In this document: positions 12,464 through 28,080 of the stretch, piece by piece
Numbering within the stretch: position 1 is the stretch's first letter
Layout of the letters: each line of letters opens with the position of its first letter
NCBI GenBank assembly: GCA_964016885.1
Contig: OZ024749.1
Span: 28,954,001 to 29,018,000, forward strand
Source of the DNA: Eledone cirrhosa
Taxonomy: Eukaryota
Length of the DNA: 64,000 bases
Direction of reading: 5' to 3'
Position numbers and translations under genes: made by a program
Notes under the pieces: model-generated
Databases searched by the model: none
What the model was told of the DNA's origin: nothing
What the model saw: the letters and a program-made list of their open reading frames with translations, nothing else

Positions 12464-12847
12464 CGATATTAACAAATGGAAACTATATTTATAAAACCAT
12501 ATTTATTTCATTATACATATTTCAAGGACACCAAGTTAAATTATGGTGTGCTTTCATCAGACAAAATATAATATAGATCAGTTTTATAAATAAAGGGTAT
12601 GTTTATATTAAATTAAGGGTATGTCAATATTTATTTATAAAACTGATCTATATTATATTTTGTCTGATGAAAGCACACCATAATTTAACTTGGTGTCCTT
12701 GAAATATGTATAATGAAATAAATATGATTTTATAAATATAGTTTCCATTTGTTAATATCGTATGTTTACTCCAAATACTTGTTGAGTGCTTTATATCAGT
12801 TATAAAAATATTTGCTTGTTGTATCCCAACAATTTAAATAGAACTTT

Positions 12848-12850
<3 letters not shown>
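12461..12850 (+). mobile_element. Fold-back PLE-like element family B
   Basis: Inverted arm 12461-~12593, forward arm to 12762 and ~88-bp tail, flanked by (TA)n. Homologous copies at 13666-13755, 20951-21412, 23232-23693 and 28081-28390. Confidence 0.75.
12656..12720 (+). ncRNA. Type I minimal hammerhead ribozyme (family B)
   Basis: tattttgt-CTGATGA-aagcacacca..tggtgtcctt-GAAA-tatgta-TA-atgaaata; stem I extends further via ttataaaac / attttataa. Confidence 0.75.
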
Positions 12851-12881
<31 letters not shown>

Positions 12882-12887
<6 letters not shown>

Positions 12888-13155
12888 GTCCCACAAAAAT
12901 GTATATATACTTAGAATCAGGGCCGTCTTAACAGTGTTATAGGCCCCCGGGCAGAGCAGAGCACTGGGGGCCCCTACCTACACAACCACTCACAGGAATA
13001 AAAATACAAATGCCCCCCCCCCCCCTATCCTCGCGAGACCCCCGGGCAACTGCCCAGCGTGCCCATGCGTTAAGACGACCGTGCTTTGAATATCTCTACA
13101 GGTAACATTTATTAGAATGTTGTTGAAGTGTGTATACATGTTTTGGGACACCCTT
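12882..13155. mobile_element. Tc1/mariner-type MITE interrupted by a hAT MITE
   Basis: TIRs agggtgtccca..tgggacaccct in TA context; uninterrupted relative at 22168-22246. Confidence 0.7.
12918..13083. mobile_element. hAT-type MITE
   Basis: TIRs CAGGGCCGTCTTAAC / GTTAAGACGACCGTG, with 8-bp TSD cttagaat / ctttgaat (one mismatch). Confidence 0.75.
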
Positions 13156-13397
13156 TATACACTGTGAAACTAAGAAGACTGTACTTCTGTTTGTCGTTTC
13201 CTTGAACTATATATATGTGTGTATTTAGCTCTCTCATACACAAACACGCGCACTCATACACACACAAACACACCACATACAAACACACACACATATTACA
13301 CACACACACAACCCATATACACATGAACAAACACACACACACACACATATATACTTCAATGACTAGATGTACCTATTAAACCAGCCAACATAAACGG

Positions 13398-13493
<96 letters not shown>

Positions 13494-13665
13494 TTTACAT
13501 ATACATATATTCGGCAGCAACGTAAAAATCATGGTACGGTTTACTTTTTTTTTTTGGAGTAGGTCATATAATATATCATTGTATGTGTCGTCTGCTTTAT
13601 TATTACATTTTGCACCCCCTCCCCCTTCACCCCCCTCCCTCATATATATATATATATATATATAT

Positions 13666-13751
13666 ATGTAAAAGTTCTATTTAAATTGTTGGGATACAAC
13701 AAGCAAATATTTTTATAACTGATATAAAGCACTCAACAAATAATTGGAGTA

Positions 13752-13755
<4 letters not shown>
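13666..13755 (-). mobile_element. Family B tail fragment
   Basis: Reverse complement of 12765-12850. Confidence 0.7.
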
Positions 13756-13786
<31 letters not shown>

Positions 13787-13834
13787 CAGGGATACCAAAT
13801 ATGTATAGTGAAATAAATATATATATATATATAT

Positions 13835-14097
13835 AATGTAGGAGGTGAGTTTTATTGTAGTACAATAAAGCAATGCAGATATCGGATAAGAAGCACTCTA
13901 CAGTTTGTAGGACTGGAGTATACATAATATATAAGAATATGTGATTTAAAACTGAACTATCCACAAGTGTTTTTTAACCTTCATATCATGTCTTCCTGTT
14001 TTATCTGATGAAAACACAAATATTATTGCATGATGATATTTGTTTTTGAAATGCGCATAATAAAATACATGGAACTCTTTTAACCATCTTTTGTTCT

Positions 14098-14105
<8 letters not shown>
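13835..14105. mobile_element. Family A element, one arm largely deleted; hammerhead at 13997-14067 (+)
   Basis: Matches 1755-1853 joined directly to 2011-2178; tgttttat-CTGATGA..GAAA-tgcgca-TA-ataaaata. Confidence 0.75.
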
Positions 14106-14147
<42 letters not shown>

Positions 14148-14423
14148 GAGGGTGTTTAAAATACTATTGTTTTTAAAACATTAACTGAATGAGCTGTCAT
14201 GTACGTGTGAGCAGAGTGTGTAAAATGTATTTTCTGGTGAGAAAAGTGACTGGGACTTCGAAGTTTCAGCTTATTGCTTCATCTGGTTGCGAAGGATGCC
14301 TGGAACTTTGCTATTTCTGACGTTGTGGGCGTGGTTTGCATACTTATTAGTTGAAGGTGGGTGGAGTTTGTATATTTTATACATGGAAATAAGGAAGGGA
14401 TGTTGATTTGCGTAATGCATCTA

Positions 14424-14613
14424 TAATTATTTCTACTTTAGGCACAAGGCCAGCAATTACCCAGTACATTACTGGTACTTTATTTTATCGACCCCGTAAG
14501 GATGAAAGGCAAAGTCAACCTCGGCGGGATTTGAACTCAGAATGGCAAGGGCCGTAACTCTATGCGTCAAGGCATGGCGTCCGACCCTCTACCGATACTG
14601 CCAATCCACCGCC
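14424..14613 (-). mobile_element. SINE family 2, full length (partial copy also at 17983-18063, -)
   Basis: Reverse complement of the 10548/11228 copies. Confidence 0.85.
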
Positions 14614-14784
14614 CTATGCATCTATAATGAATACACATTCACACTCAAATATTAACACAATCACACACATACATAGACACGCGCACACACTCTCTCACAC
14701 ATTCACACACATACATAAACACGCACAACATACTTGCACACATATTCGCTGTCCATAGACACAGAATCACACATACATAAACAG

Positions 14785-14817
<33 letters not shown>

Positions 14818-15277
14818 ATCACACATACATGCTGTACATATACTTTCACACATTCACACATATACACAAACAGGCACGCATACAAACACACACATGCACA
14901 CACGTACATATACATATACACACACACTTTCTCCCATTCACTTATACATGCTGTACATACATATACACAGTCTAACACATCCACACGCATACATAAACAG
15001 GCACTCAAACACATACTTATACACATACATAAACACATATAAACATACATACATATACACATATACACATATATATGCTGTACATACACACACATACATT
15101 CATATACACACACACAGATTTTTATTCAATAGAAATGATAGAAATAGAATAGATTGCAGTGGGGTGGGGGTGAGGTGTTGGTGAAAGGTATTAAAAAGAG
15201 GAGGAGGCGAAGATGAAGAAAGAGAGAGAGAGAGAGGGAGAGAGAGGGAGAGAGAGGGAGAGAGAGAGGGAGAGAGT

Positions 15278-15337
<60 letters not shown>

Positions 15338-15359
15338 AAGAAGAGTAAGTTTATAACAA

Positions 15360-16990
15360 TAATGATGGTAGCGGTAATAATGGTGGTAGTCGTAATGGTG
15401 GTGACAGTGGTAGTGGTGATGGTGGTGGTGGTGGTGGTGGTGGTGGTGGTGGTGGTGATGGTGATGGTGGTGGTGGTGGTTGTGACAATGGTGGAGGTGG
15501 TGGTGGTGGTGGTGGTGGTGGTGATGGTGATGGTGGTGGTGGTGGTGGTGAGTGTAACAATGGTGGAGGTGGTGATGGTGATGGTGGTGGTGGTGGAGGT
15601 TGTGACAGTGGTGGAGGTGGTGGTGGTGGTGATAGAGATAATGGTGGCGACAGTGATAATGGTGGTGGTGGTGGTAGTAGTGGTAATGGTGGCGACAGTG
15701 GTGGCGGTGGTGATAGTGATAATGATGGCGACAGTGATGATGGTGGTGGTGGTGGTAGTAGTGGTAATGGTGGCGACAGAGGTGGTGGTAACGGTGGTGG
15801 TGGTGGTGGTGGTGGTGGTGATAGTGGTGGTGGTAACGGCGGTGATGGTAGTAGTGGTAATGGTGGCGACAGTGGTGGTGGTGGTAGTAGTGGTAATGGG
15901 GGCGACAGTGGTGGTGGTGGTGGTGATAGTGGTGGTGGTAACGGTGGTGGTGGTAGTGGTGGTAATGGTGGCGACAGTGGTGGTGGTGGTGGTGATAGTG
16001 GTGGTAATGGAAATGGTGGTATGTGTATCAAGTAGTCAGAAATGGTAACCTGTACAATTATGTGTACGTATTACGTTATTGATCGGGGGTGGTGTTGGTA
16101 GTGGTAATATTGGTGGTGGTGATAGTAATAGTATAGTGGTGATAGTGGAGGTGGTGGTGGGAGTAGTGGTGGTGGTAGTGGTAATATTGGTGGTGGTGAT
16201 AGTAATAGTATAGTGGTGATAGTGGAGGTGGTGGTGGGAGTAGTGGTGGTGGTAGTGGTAATATTGGTGGTGGTGATAGTAATAGTGGTGATAGTGGAGG
16301 TGGTGGTGGGAGTAGTGGTGTTGGTAGTGGTAATATTGGTGGTGGTGATAGTAATAGTGGTGATAGTGGTGGTGGTGGTGGGAGTAGTGGTAGTGGTAAT
16401 ATTGGTGGTGGTGATAGTAATAGTGGTGGTAGTGGTGGTGGTGGTGGTGGGAGTAGTGGTAGTGGTAGTGGTAATATTGGTGGTGGTGATAGTGGAGGTG
16501 GGAGTGGTGGTGGGAGTAGTGGTGGTGGTAGTGGTAATATTGGTGGTGGTGATAGTAATAGTGGTGATAGTGGTGGTGGCGGTGGGAGTAGTGGTAGTGG
16601 TGGTGGTGGTGGGAGTAGTTGTGGTGGCGGTGGGAGTAGTGATAGTGGTGGTGGTGGTGGGGGTAGTGGTAGTGGTAGTGGTAATATTGGTGGTGATGAT
16701 AGTAATAGTGGTGATAGTGGAGGTGGTGGTGGGAGTGGTGGTAGTGGTAGTGGTGGTAGTGGTGATAGTGGAGGTGGGAGTGGTGGTGGGAGTAGTGGTA
16801 GTGGTGGTAGTGGTAATAATGGTGGTGATGATAGTAATAGTGGTGATAGTGGAGGTGGTGGTGGGAGTAGTGGTAGTGGTGGTGGTAGTGGTAGTAGTGG
16901 TAGTGGTGGTGGTAATATTGGTGGTGATGATAGTAATAGTGGTGATAGTGGTGGTGGTGGTGGGAGTAGTGGTAATAATGGGGGTGCTGG
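15360..16990. repeat. Degenerate (GGT/AGT)n low-complexity tract
   Basis: Triplet-based GT-rich array producing poly-V/P/H pseudo-ORFs. Confidence 0.9.
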
Positions 16991-17082
16991 TATTGGTGGA
17001 CCTCCGTCACTTTCGACGAGTCTCAGCCTTTCATTGGGCGTTGGAGACGTTTTTAATAGTTACGCTCTCTTACTCTCTCTCT

Positions 17083-17133
<51 letters not shown>

Positions 17134-17229
17134 CTCTCTCTCTCTTTCACTCTCTCCCCCTATTCTCTGTTGCTCTCTCCACCTTTCTTCCTCTTTATCA
17201 CTCTCTTTATCACCCTCTTTCTCAACCAA

Positions 17230-17266
<37 letters not shown>

Positions 17267-17871
17267 GCCTCCTCAGCTCTATTTTCTGGTCTCTTTCTCT
17301 CATTCTCTATCCCCCTCTCTCACCCGTGCCACACCCCGACCACCCACACCACCCCACACCACTTCACCCCACACAACACCGCCGACCAGCTACAACTACA
17401 CCCACACCGCACCCTCCACCACCCACTCTCACACCACGCCACCCACACCACCGACCAGCTACCCCCCCCCAACCGACTACCTCTACACCCCCCCCCCACA
17501 TCTTATAAAGTCAGTTCATTATTTAATAAGTAGCCCCTATTTTACTGTCAACACCACCATTGTTATGTTATGTTATACAGTATATTGTTATATCTATCAT
17601 TCTAAGTAGCTGAAGCTTTGTGTTAAACATCTAAGTAGCTAAACTAGAGAATATTACATTAGAATATTACATACAATAATACATAGAATATTAAATGGTG
17701 ATGGCAGACCGGGGGATAATAATAACAACAGCAATAACAACAACAATAATAACAACAATAACAACTATCTAAGTAGCTAGAGCTTTCAGCACAATATCTA
17801 AGTAGCTAAACTAGAGAATGTTACATTAGAATATTACATAGAATATTAGAGGGTTTAAGGTACACCGATAG

Positions 17872-17928
<57 letters not shown>

Positions 17929-18231
17929 TTAATAACAACTATCTAAGTAGCTAAACTAGGATATTACATAGAATATTACATAAAATAATTGTTTCTACTT
18001 TTTGGCACAAGACCAGCAAATACCCAGTACATTACTGGTACTTTATTTTATCGACCCCGTAAGGAGTCATAAAATAATAGATGGTGTTAGTAGATAGATG
18101 GATAACAACAACAACCACAACAATAACAATAGCAATAAACACAATAACAACAACTATCTAAGTCGCTGAAGCTTTGTGTTAAATAATAATCATAATAATG
18201 GTAATGATGGTAAAATATGTAATGTCCACTT

Positions 18232-19670
18232 GAGTATTGTTTAATGGAGGCTATAACAGATCTAGAGACAGACCAGATGTATTGTTTAATGGTGGCTATA
18301 TCTGACATCTAGAGACAGACCAGATGTAATATTTAATGGTGGCTATATCTGACATCTAGTGACTGACCAGATGTATTGTTTAATGGTGGCTATATTTGAC
18401 ATCTAGAGACACACCAGATGTAATGTTTAATGGTGGCAATATCTGACATCTAGAGACTGACCAGACGTAATGTTTAATGGTGGCAATATCTGACATCTAG
18501 TGACTGACCAGATGTATTGTTTAATGGTGGCTATATTTGACATCTAGAGACACACCAGATGTAATGTTTAATGGTGGTTATATCTGACATGTAAAGACAA
18601 ACCAGACGTAATATTTAATGGTGGCTATATCTGACATCTAGAGAAACACCAGATGTATTGTTTAATGGTGGTTAAATCTGACATCTAGAGACTGACCAGA
18701 TGTAATGTTTAATGGTGGCTATATCTGACATCTAGAGACAAACCAGACGTGATGTTTAATGGTGCCTATATCTGACATCTAGAGACAAACCAGATGTAAT
18801 GTTTAATGGTGGCTATATCTGACATCTAGAGACAAACCAGATGTATGCTTAATGGTGGCTATATCTGACATCTAGAGACAAACCAGACGTGATGTTTAAT
18901 GGTGACTATATCTGACATCTAGAGACAAACCAGATGTAATGTTTAATGGTGGCTATATCTGACATCTAGAGAGTGATCAGTTGTAATGTTTACTGGTGGC
19001 TATAACAGATCTAGAGACAAACCAGATGTATGCTTAATGGTGGCTATATCTGACATATAGAGACACACCAGATGTAATGTTTAATAGTGGCTATATCTGA
19101 CATCTAGAGACTGACCAGACGTAATGTTTAATGGTGGTTATATCTGACATCTAGAGACAAACCAGACGTGATGTTTAATGGTGGCTATATCTGACATCTA
19201 GAGACACACCAGATGTATTGTTTAATGGTGGTTAAATCTGACATCTAGAGACAAACCAGACGTGATGTTTAATGGTGCCTATATCTGACATCTAGAGACA
19301 AACCAGACGTGATGTTTAATGGTGGCTATATCTGACATCTAGAGAGTGACCAGATGTAATGTTTACTGGTGGCTATAACAGATCTAGAGACAAACCAGAT
19401 GTATGCTTAATGGTGGCTATATCTGACATATAGAGACACACCAGATGTAATGTTTAATGGTGGCTATATCTGACATCTAGAGAGTGACCAGATGTAATGT
19501 TTACTGGTGGCTATAACAGATCTAGAGACAAACCAGATGTATGCTTAATGGTGGCTATATCTGACATATAGAGACACACCAGATGTAATGTTTAATGGTG
19601 GCTATATCTGACATCTAGAAACAAAATTAGATGTATCATTTAATGGTGGCTATAATAGATGTAGAGACAG
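18232..19670. repeat. 47-bp minisatellite, ~30 copies
   Basis: Unit gatgtaatgtttaatggtggctatatctgacatctagagacaaacca; a 3-monomer (141-bp) block is repeated near 19340-19620. Confidence 0.95.
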
Positions 19671-19800
19671 ACTAGAAGAAAAGAGAAGAAAACTGAATTA
19701 AACATTTATTGAGATGGCCATTTAACCGGAAGTGTGCAGGGTTTTCTATATATACATACATGCACACACACATCTCTCTCTCCCCCCGCACCCCCCCCCC

Positions 19801-20406
<606 letters not shown>

Positions 20407-20900
20407 TATACAGAATATATATGTGTTTTTGTGTGTGTGAGTATATACATATGTATATATATATGTATATGTGTGTGTGTATATATATGTATATATATAT
20501 ATGTGTGTGTGTGTATATATATGTATATATATGTATATACATAAATCTATGTATATTCATATATATATATATGTGTGTGTGTGTGTATATATATACATAT
20601 GTATTTATATAGGTATATATATATATATATAAATATATGTAAATTTATATATATGTATGCGTGTGTGTGTATACATGTATATATATATGGATATGTGTAT
20701 GTATAACTGATGGATTTTATAGCCCACCCTACCACCACCACTGCCACAACCACCACACTATCAATGTCACCACCAGTATTATCACCACCAACAACAATAA
20801 CACCAGCAACACCCCAGCCGTGTGCCCGGGTGTCTGACCAATCCAGTCTACTCCAGTGGAACTAATACCAGTATGCCTCATTGCTACTAAATAAATCGAT

Positions 20901-20950
<50 letters not shown>

Positions 20951-20953
<3 letters not shown>

Positions 20954-21412
20954 AAAGTTATATTTAAAATTGTTGGGTTACAACTAGTAAATATTTATAA
21001 CTGATTTAAAAGCACTCGACAAATATTTGGAGTATATTTACAATATTAAATAAATGGAAACTATATTTATAAAACCATATTTATTTCATTATATATATTT
21101 CGGGGATATCATATTAACAATATGCTATGCCTTCCTCAGACAAAATACAATATAAACAGTTTTATAGATAAATAGATTCGACATACCGTTATAACACCGA
21201 CTTCCATTTGAAGAGGTTTAAGCTGGCAGCTTAAACCTCTTCAAATGGAAGTCGGTGTTATAACGGTATGTCGAATCTATTTATCTATAAAACTGTTTAT
21301 ATTGTATTTTGTCTGAGGAAGGCATAGCATATTGTTAATATGATATCCCCGAAATATATATAATGAAATAAATGTGGTTTTATAAATATAGTTTCCATTT
21401 ATTTAATATTGT
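20951..21412. mobile_element. Family B fold-back element; hammerhead 21305-21370 (+) and mirror (-)
   Basis: Arms centred ~21226; tattttgt-CTGAGGA-aggcatagcatatt..aatatgatatcccc-GAAA-tatata-TA-atgaaata. Confidence 0.75.
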
Positions 21413-21449
21413 ATATATATATATATATATATTCATACACACACAGACA

Positions 21450-21503
<54 letters not shown>

Positions 21504-21549
21504 TATACATATATATATATTATATTCATATATATATATATATATTATA

Positions 21550-21589
<40 letters not shown>

Positions 21590-21679
21590 TAGCTTTACAA
21601 ATAATCTATAATTTACAAATCTACATTACATAATACAGAGAAAACACAATTGCTTATATATATATATATATATATACAT

Positions 21680-21891
21680 ATTTTTTATTTTTTTATTTTA
21701 TAGAAGGAGCTTCTACAGGACTAGTACTGTTTCATTCAGATGAAATCTTCAGGAAGCTCCTGAAGATTTCATCTGAATGAAACAGTACTAGTCCTGTAGA
21801 AGCTCCTTCTATAAAATAAAAATATTTTACTCTGCCATGTATTGAGTACCTTACTTACTGTGGTTATCTCCGACTCAACCCGGGACCTACG
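21680..21891. mobile_element. Short fold-back PLE-like element
   Basis: ~65-bp arms centred ~21756 plus a ~70-bp tail; CTGAAGA-tttc..gaat-GAAA-cagtactag-TC. Rearranged relative at ~28445-28550. Confidence 0.6.
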
Positions 21892-21905
21892 TATATATAT
21901 ATATA

Positions 21906-21984
<79 letters not shown>

Positions 21985-22167
21985 GTGTGTGTGCGTGTGT
22001 GTGTGTGTGAGAGTGAGAGTGTGTGTGTGTTATATGTGTGTGTATCTATCTATCTATCTCAATTGTCCGTCTTAGCTGTGTGTCGTATATCATCAATATA
22101 TTGAACACTTTTGTATATGATTATTGCGTAAATCTAAATATAGCAAAAGTTACACGATATATAAACG

Positions 22168-23230
<1,063 letters not shown>

Positions 23231-23231
23231 T

Positions 23232-23693
23232 ATGTAGAAGTTATATTTAATTTGTTGGGATACAACAAGCAAATATTTTTATAACTGATATAAAGCAGTC
23301 AACAAATGTTTGGAGTAAAAATACAATATATTAACAAATGGAAACTATATTTATAAAACCATATTTATTTCATTATACATATTTCAAGGACACCAAAGCA
23401 AATTATGGTGCGCTTTCATCAGATAAAATATAATATAGATCAGTTTTATAAACAAATATTGACATACCCTTAAAGAATGCAACCATGTCGGTTGGTAGCT
23501 CCCGGATAGCTTCGGGAGCTTCCAACCAGAATGGTTGCATTCTTTAAGGGTATGTCAATATTTGTTTATAAAACTGATCTATATTATATTTTATCTGATG
23601 AAAGCGCACCATAATTTGCTTTGGTGTCCTTGAAATATGTATAATGAAATAAATATGGTTTTATAAATATAGTTTCCATTTGTTAATATATTG
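23232..23693. mobile_element. Family B fold-back element; hammerhead 23587-23651 (+) and mirror (-)
   Basis: Arms centred ~23508; tattttat-CTGATGA-aagcgcacca..tggtgtcctt-GAAA-tatgta-TA-atgaaata. Confidence 0.75.
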
Positions 23694-23699
23694 TATATA

Positions 23700-23731
<32 letters not shown>

Positions 23732-23805
23732 CAAATACATTATATATATATATATATATATGCACATACATACATACATATATATGTATATATATATATA
23801 TTCAA

Positions 23806-23856
<51 letters not shown>

Positions 23857-23866
23857 TATATATGTA

Positions 23867-23935
<69 letters not shown>

Positions 23936-23994
23936 ATACATATATAGGTATATATATATTCAAATATATATATATGTATATATATATATGTATA

Positions 23995-24115
<121 letters not shown>

Positions 24116-24246
24116 TAGAAATTATAAGCTTTCACCGTATTTTAGACTAAAGAAATTTCTATATTATATTATATATATATTTCTATATATTTCTATATAT
24201 TATATATATATTTCTATATATTATATATATATTTCTATATATATAT

Positions 24247-24350
<104 letters not shown>

Positions 24351-25546
24351 CTATAAATATGTTTGTGTGTTACTGTATATATATGTATATATATACTTTG
24401 GTTTACGAGAATAAATTAGATTTATCTATTAATCTATGTCATTTACTTTCATTATTAATTTTCGTTATAAAATTCAGAACCATTGAAACATTTCTTTAGT
24501 TTGATCTCCTTCAAGTAAGAATGAAATATCCGAATATCCGAACATAACTTACCCCACCATCACCTCAGCCCCTCCTGTACAACCACCACATCTAACCACA
24601 CACCACCACCGCCATCCCCACCACACCAACACCACCACAACACCACCACAACACCACCACCGCACCACCACTAACACACCACCACCACCAACACCACACC
24701 ACCACCACCAACACCACCACCACACCACCACCACACCACCACACCACCACCATCACCACCCTCTCTTTGTCCTTCAACACCCAGCCACCCCTACTATCAT
24801 CACTTTCCTCACCACCATCCCCACTTCGTCTATCATCATACTACCAGTATCACCTTCTTCCCCCCGCCCCCACCAACCCAACTTCGTCCCTCACGCCCCA
24901 CACACCACCCCTACTCCCATCACTTTCACCACCAACCCCACCACGATACCACCCACCCACCGCTATCCCCATCACCTTCTTCTCCACCAACCACCCTCAC
25001 GATACCACCCACCCACCGCTATCCCTATCACCTTCTTCACCACCAACCACCCTCACGATACCACCCCACCCACCGCCACCCCCATCACCTTTACCACCAA
25101 CCCCCCCCACCACGACCCACCTTCCCACCTCCTACACTTTTTCTATTACTACAATAGATGTTATAAATTAAAAAGACCAGTTGTTCGTCCGCTGTTTAAC
25201 CATCTATCATGCTTTCTACAAAGAAATGACGTACAACTCTAATTAGTTATAGAATCACTGTCACCATTACTGCCCACTTCGAAACACCATTTCCACCATT
25301 CCGCCATTTCCACCATTTCCACCATACCGCCATTCCGCCATACCACCATACCGCCATTTCGACTGTTTGGGAGGGAGAAAGGGTTCTTTTTATTTTTCTA
25401 TACAGCTGGTATCTCTCATCTTCTCTGAACAAAATCTATTAACCTTTGTCATCTCGCTGGTAATTGTACCTGAACAATACGGGGCATCGTTGATGAGGTG
25501 GCGTTAATTATTTACACGTCTTTCTCTGTCTTTCTCTCTATATATA

Positions 25547-25626
<80 letters not shown>

Positions 25627-26360
25627 ATTTTTTTTCTCTCTCTCTCGTCCATCTTGGCTTGCAGGCATCCGCATCTGATCTGATCGCGTTTAGACCGGCT
25701 TGCCATAGCCGTCTTGCTGTTGCCGTTGTCGTTGTTGTTTGTTGGAAAAGTTGTGCGCTAGCGGCGAGCGTGGTAAGCAAAGCAATCAAACTGGATGACA
25801 GGATGTGGGTTCGTGCATTGGGGAAATGGAAGCATACTTGACTTTTAACAGTTGATCGAGAAGTCACAAGGAAATTAAATCATAAATATACAAACAGGGT
25901 GCGTCTTTCAGAATGCCAGAGGCCAGATGAATGGGTTGGTGAGGATGAAGAAGCTTTTTCCTAACGTTTGTTCGTACGTTCGTTCGTTGGTTGTGTACTG
26001 ATGATGTCGACGACGAAGGAGAGATCACGAAACCGTGTGTGTGTCTACGTGTACGTGCGTATGTGTGTATATGTATGTGAGTGTATGCGTGTGTCTGCGT
26101 GTATATGTATGTGAGTGTACGTACGCATATGTGTGTATATGTGTGTGTATGTGTGGATATACGCGTCTGTGTGTATGTGTGTGAATGAATATATATTCGC
26201 CTATGTGTTTGTGCATATCTGTGTGTGAGTGTGAATTAATATATATACATTTGTGTGTATGTGCGTGTGCATGCGGGTGTATATGTGAATGAATGTATAC
26301 GCCTATGTGTATATGTGTATGTGTGTATTTGCGTGTGAGAGAGAGTGAATAAATGTATGG

Positions 26361-26453
<93 letters not shown>

Positions 26454-27088
26454 AATAAGTGTATGGCTTTGTGTGTACGAGAGTGAATAAATGTTTGTGT
26501 GTCTGTGTATGTGATTGTGTGTTCTCACATACAACAGATGCTATACACACATAAATTATTCAACATTCCCCCACCGCCAACACCACCACATCAATCCCGT
26601 AACACCACCACCACCACCACTATGCCCCACCACATTTATCAATATCATCCGTCGTTTAACCCATTCATATAATATCTCTTTATCATTACCACACCATATA
26701 TATATACACTTGTATACACACACACACATATATATATATATATATGTATGTATGTATATATATACACTCGTATATATTCCACCATTGAAGAAACCGCCTA
26801 GAAATGGCCGTCACTATTATAACTAATTACTTCTCTTCCTTTTATCTCTGCTCTATTGAATTTCACTGAAGGGTAGTGAGAGAGGAGAGAGAGAGAGAGA
26901 GAGAGAGTGTGTGTTTGAGAGGTGAAGAACGGAGAGAGAGCGAGGGCGAGAGAGAGAGAAGTATATATATGTATGTGTGTGAGGGAGGGAGAGAGAAAGA
27001 GAGAGAGAGAAAGAAAGAGTGAAAGTGATAGAGAGAAGGGAAGAGAGAGAGAGAGAGAGAAAGAAAGAGTGAAAGTGATAGAGAGAAG

Positions 27089-27124
<36 letters not shown>

Positions 27125-27685
27125 GAGAGAGAAAGACAGAGAGAGAATGTGTTTTTGAACGATGAAGAACGGAGAGAGGGGGAGAGAGAGAAAAACAGAT
27201 AGAATGTGTTTTTGAAAGATGAAGAACGGAGAGAGAAGGCGAGAGCGAGAGAGAGGGTGAAAGGGCAGCGTTTGTAAGAGATGAAAAACGGAGAGAGGGT
27301 GAGAGACAGAGAGAGAGAGAGAAAACGGAGTATGCATATGTATATGTGTGTGTGTGAGAGAGAGAGAGTGAGAAAAGAAACGGAGTATGTATATGTATGT
27401 GTGTGTGAGAGAGAGAGAGAGAGAGAGTGAGAGAGTGAAAGAGCGAGAGAGCCTGGATTGTCTTATAGTTTCCGCCATCTTGCCTAAGGTACGAATTGTA
27501 TTGCAGATTATCTTATTCCTCCCAAGATATGGTGTACACAGATATACCTATATATCAATGCCTATATATATATAGATATTGATTATGCGGTGAATTGTTT
27601 ATTAACACTTTCAAATAATTGGATGTACAACTCCCTTGAAACATATATAAGGAATTAAATATGATTATATACTTGTTTATATATA

Positions 27686-27751
<66 letters not shown>

Positions 27752-27759
27752 CATGTGTG

Positions 27760-27813
<54 letters not shown>

Positions 27814-28080
27814 GAAATATATGGAGAATAGAAATGGCTGTGTAGTTGCTATTTAAGGTAACTTAAAATGCAGTGGGAATACGGAGAAAGCAAGAACGAT
27901 GGGGGGTCCTCCTCAATTGTCTACTGGCGGTCTCGGAAATGTCTACGCTTAAAAGACAAGATATCTCACCCCAGTGCGTCAATAACTGGATAAGCTATTG
28001 GGAAAACGGAGGAGGGAAGGAAGGAAAGCAAAAGGGAAGAAAAAAGAAAACAGTATATATAAATATATATATATATATAC

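Noticed and set aside
15351-17609. Long poly-Pro/Val/His ORFs (226-431 aa)
   Set aside because: They are translations of GGT/AGT low-complexity DNA that is open on both strands, with no domain or splice evidence.
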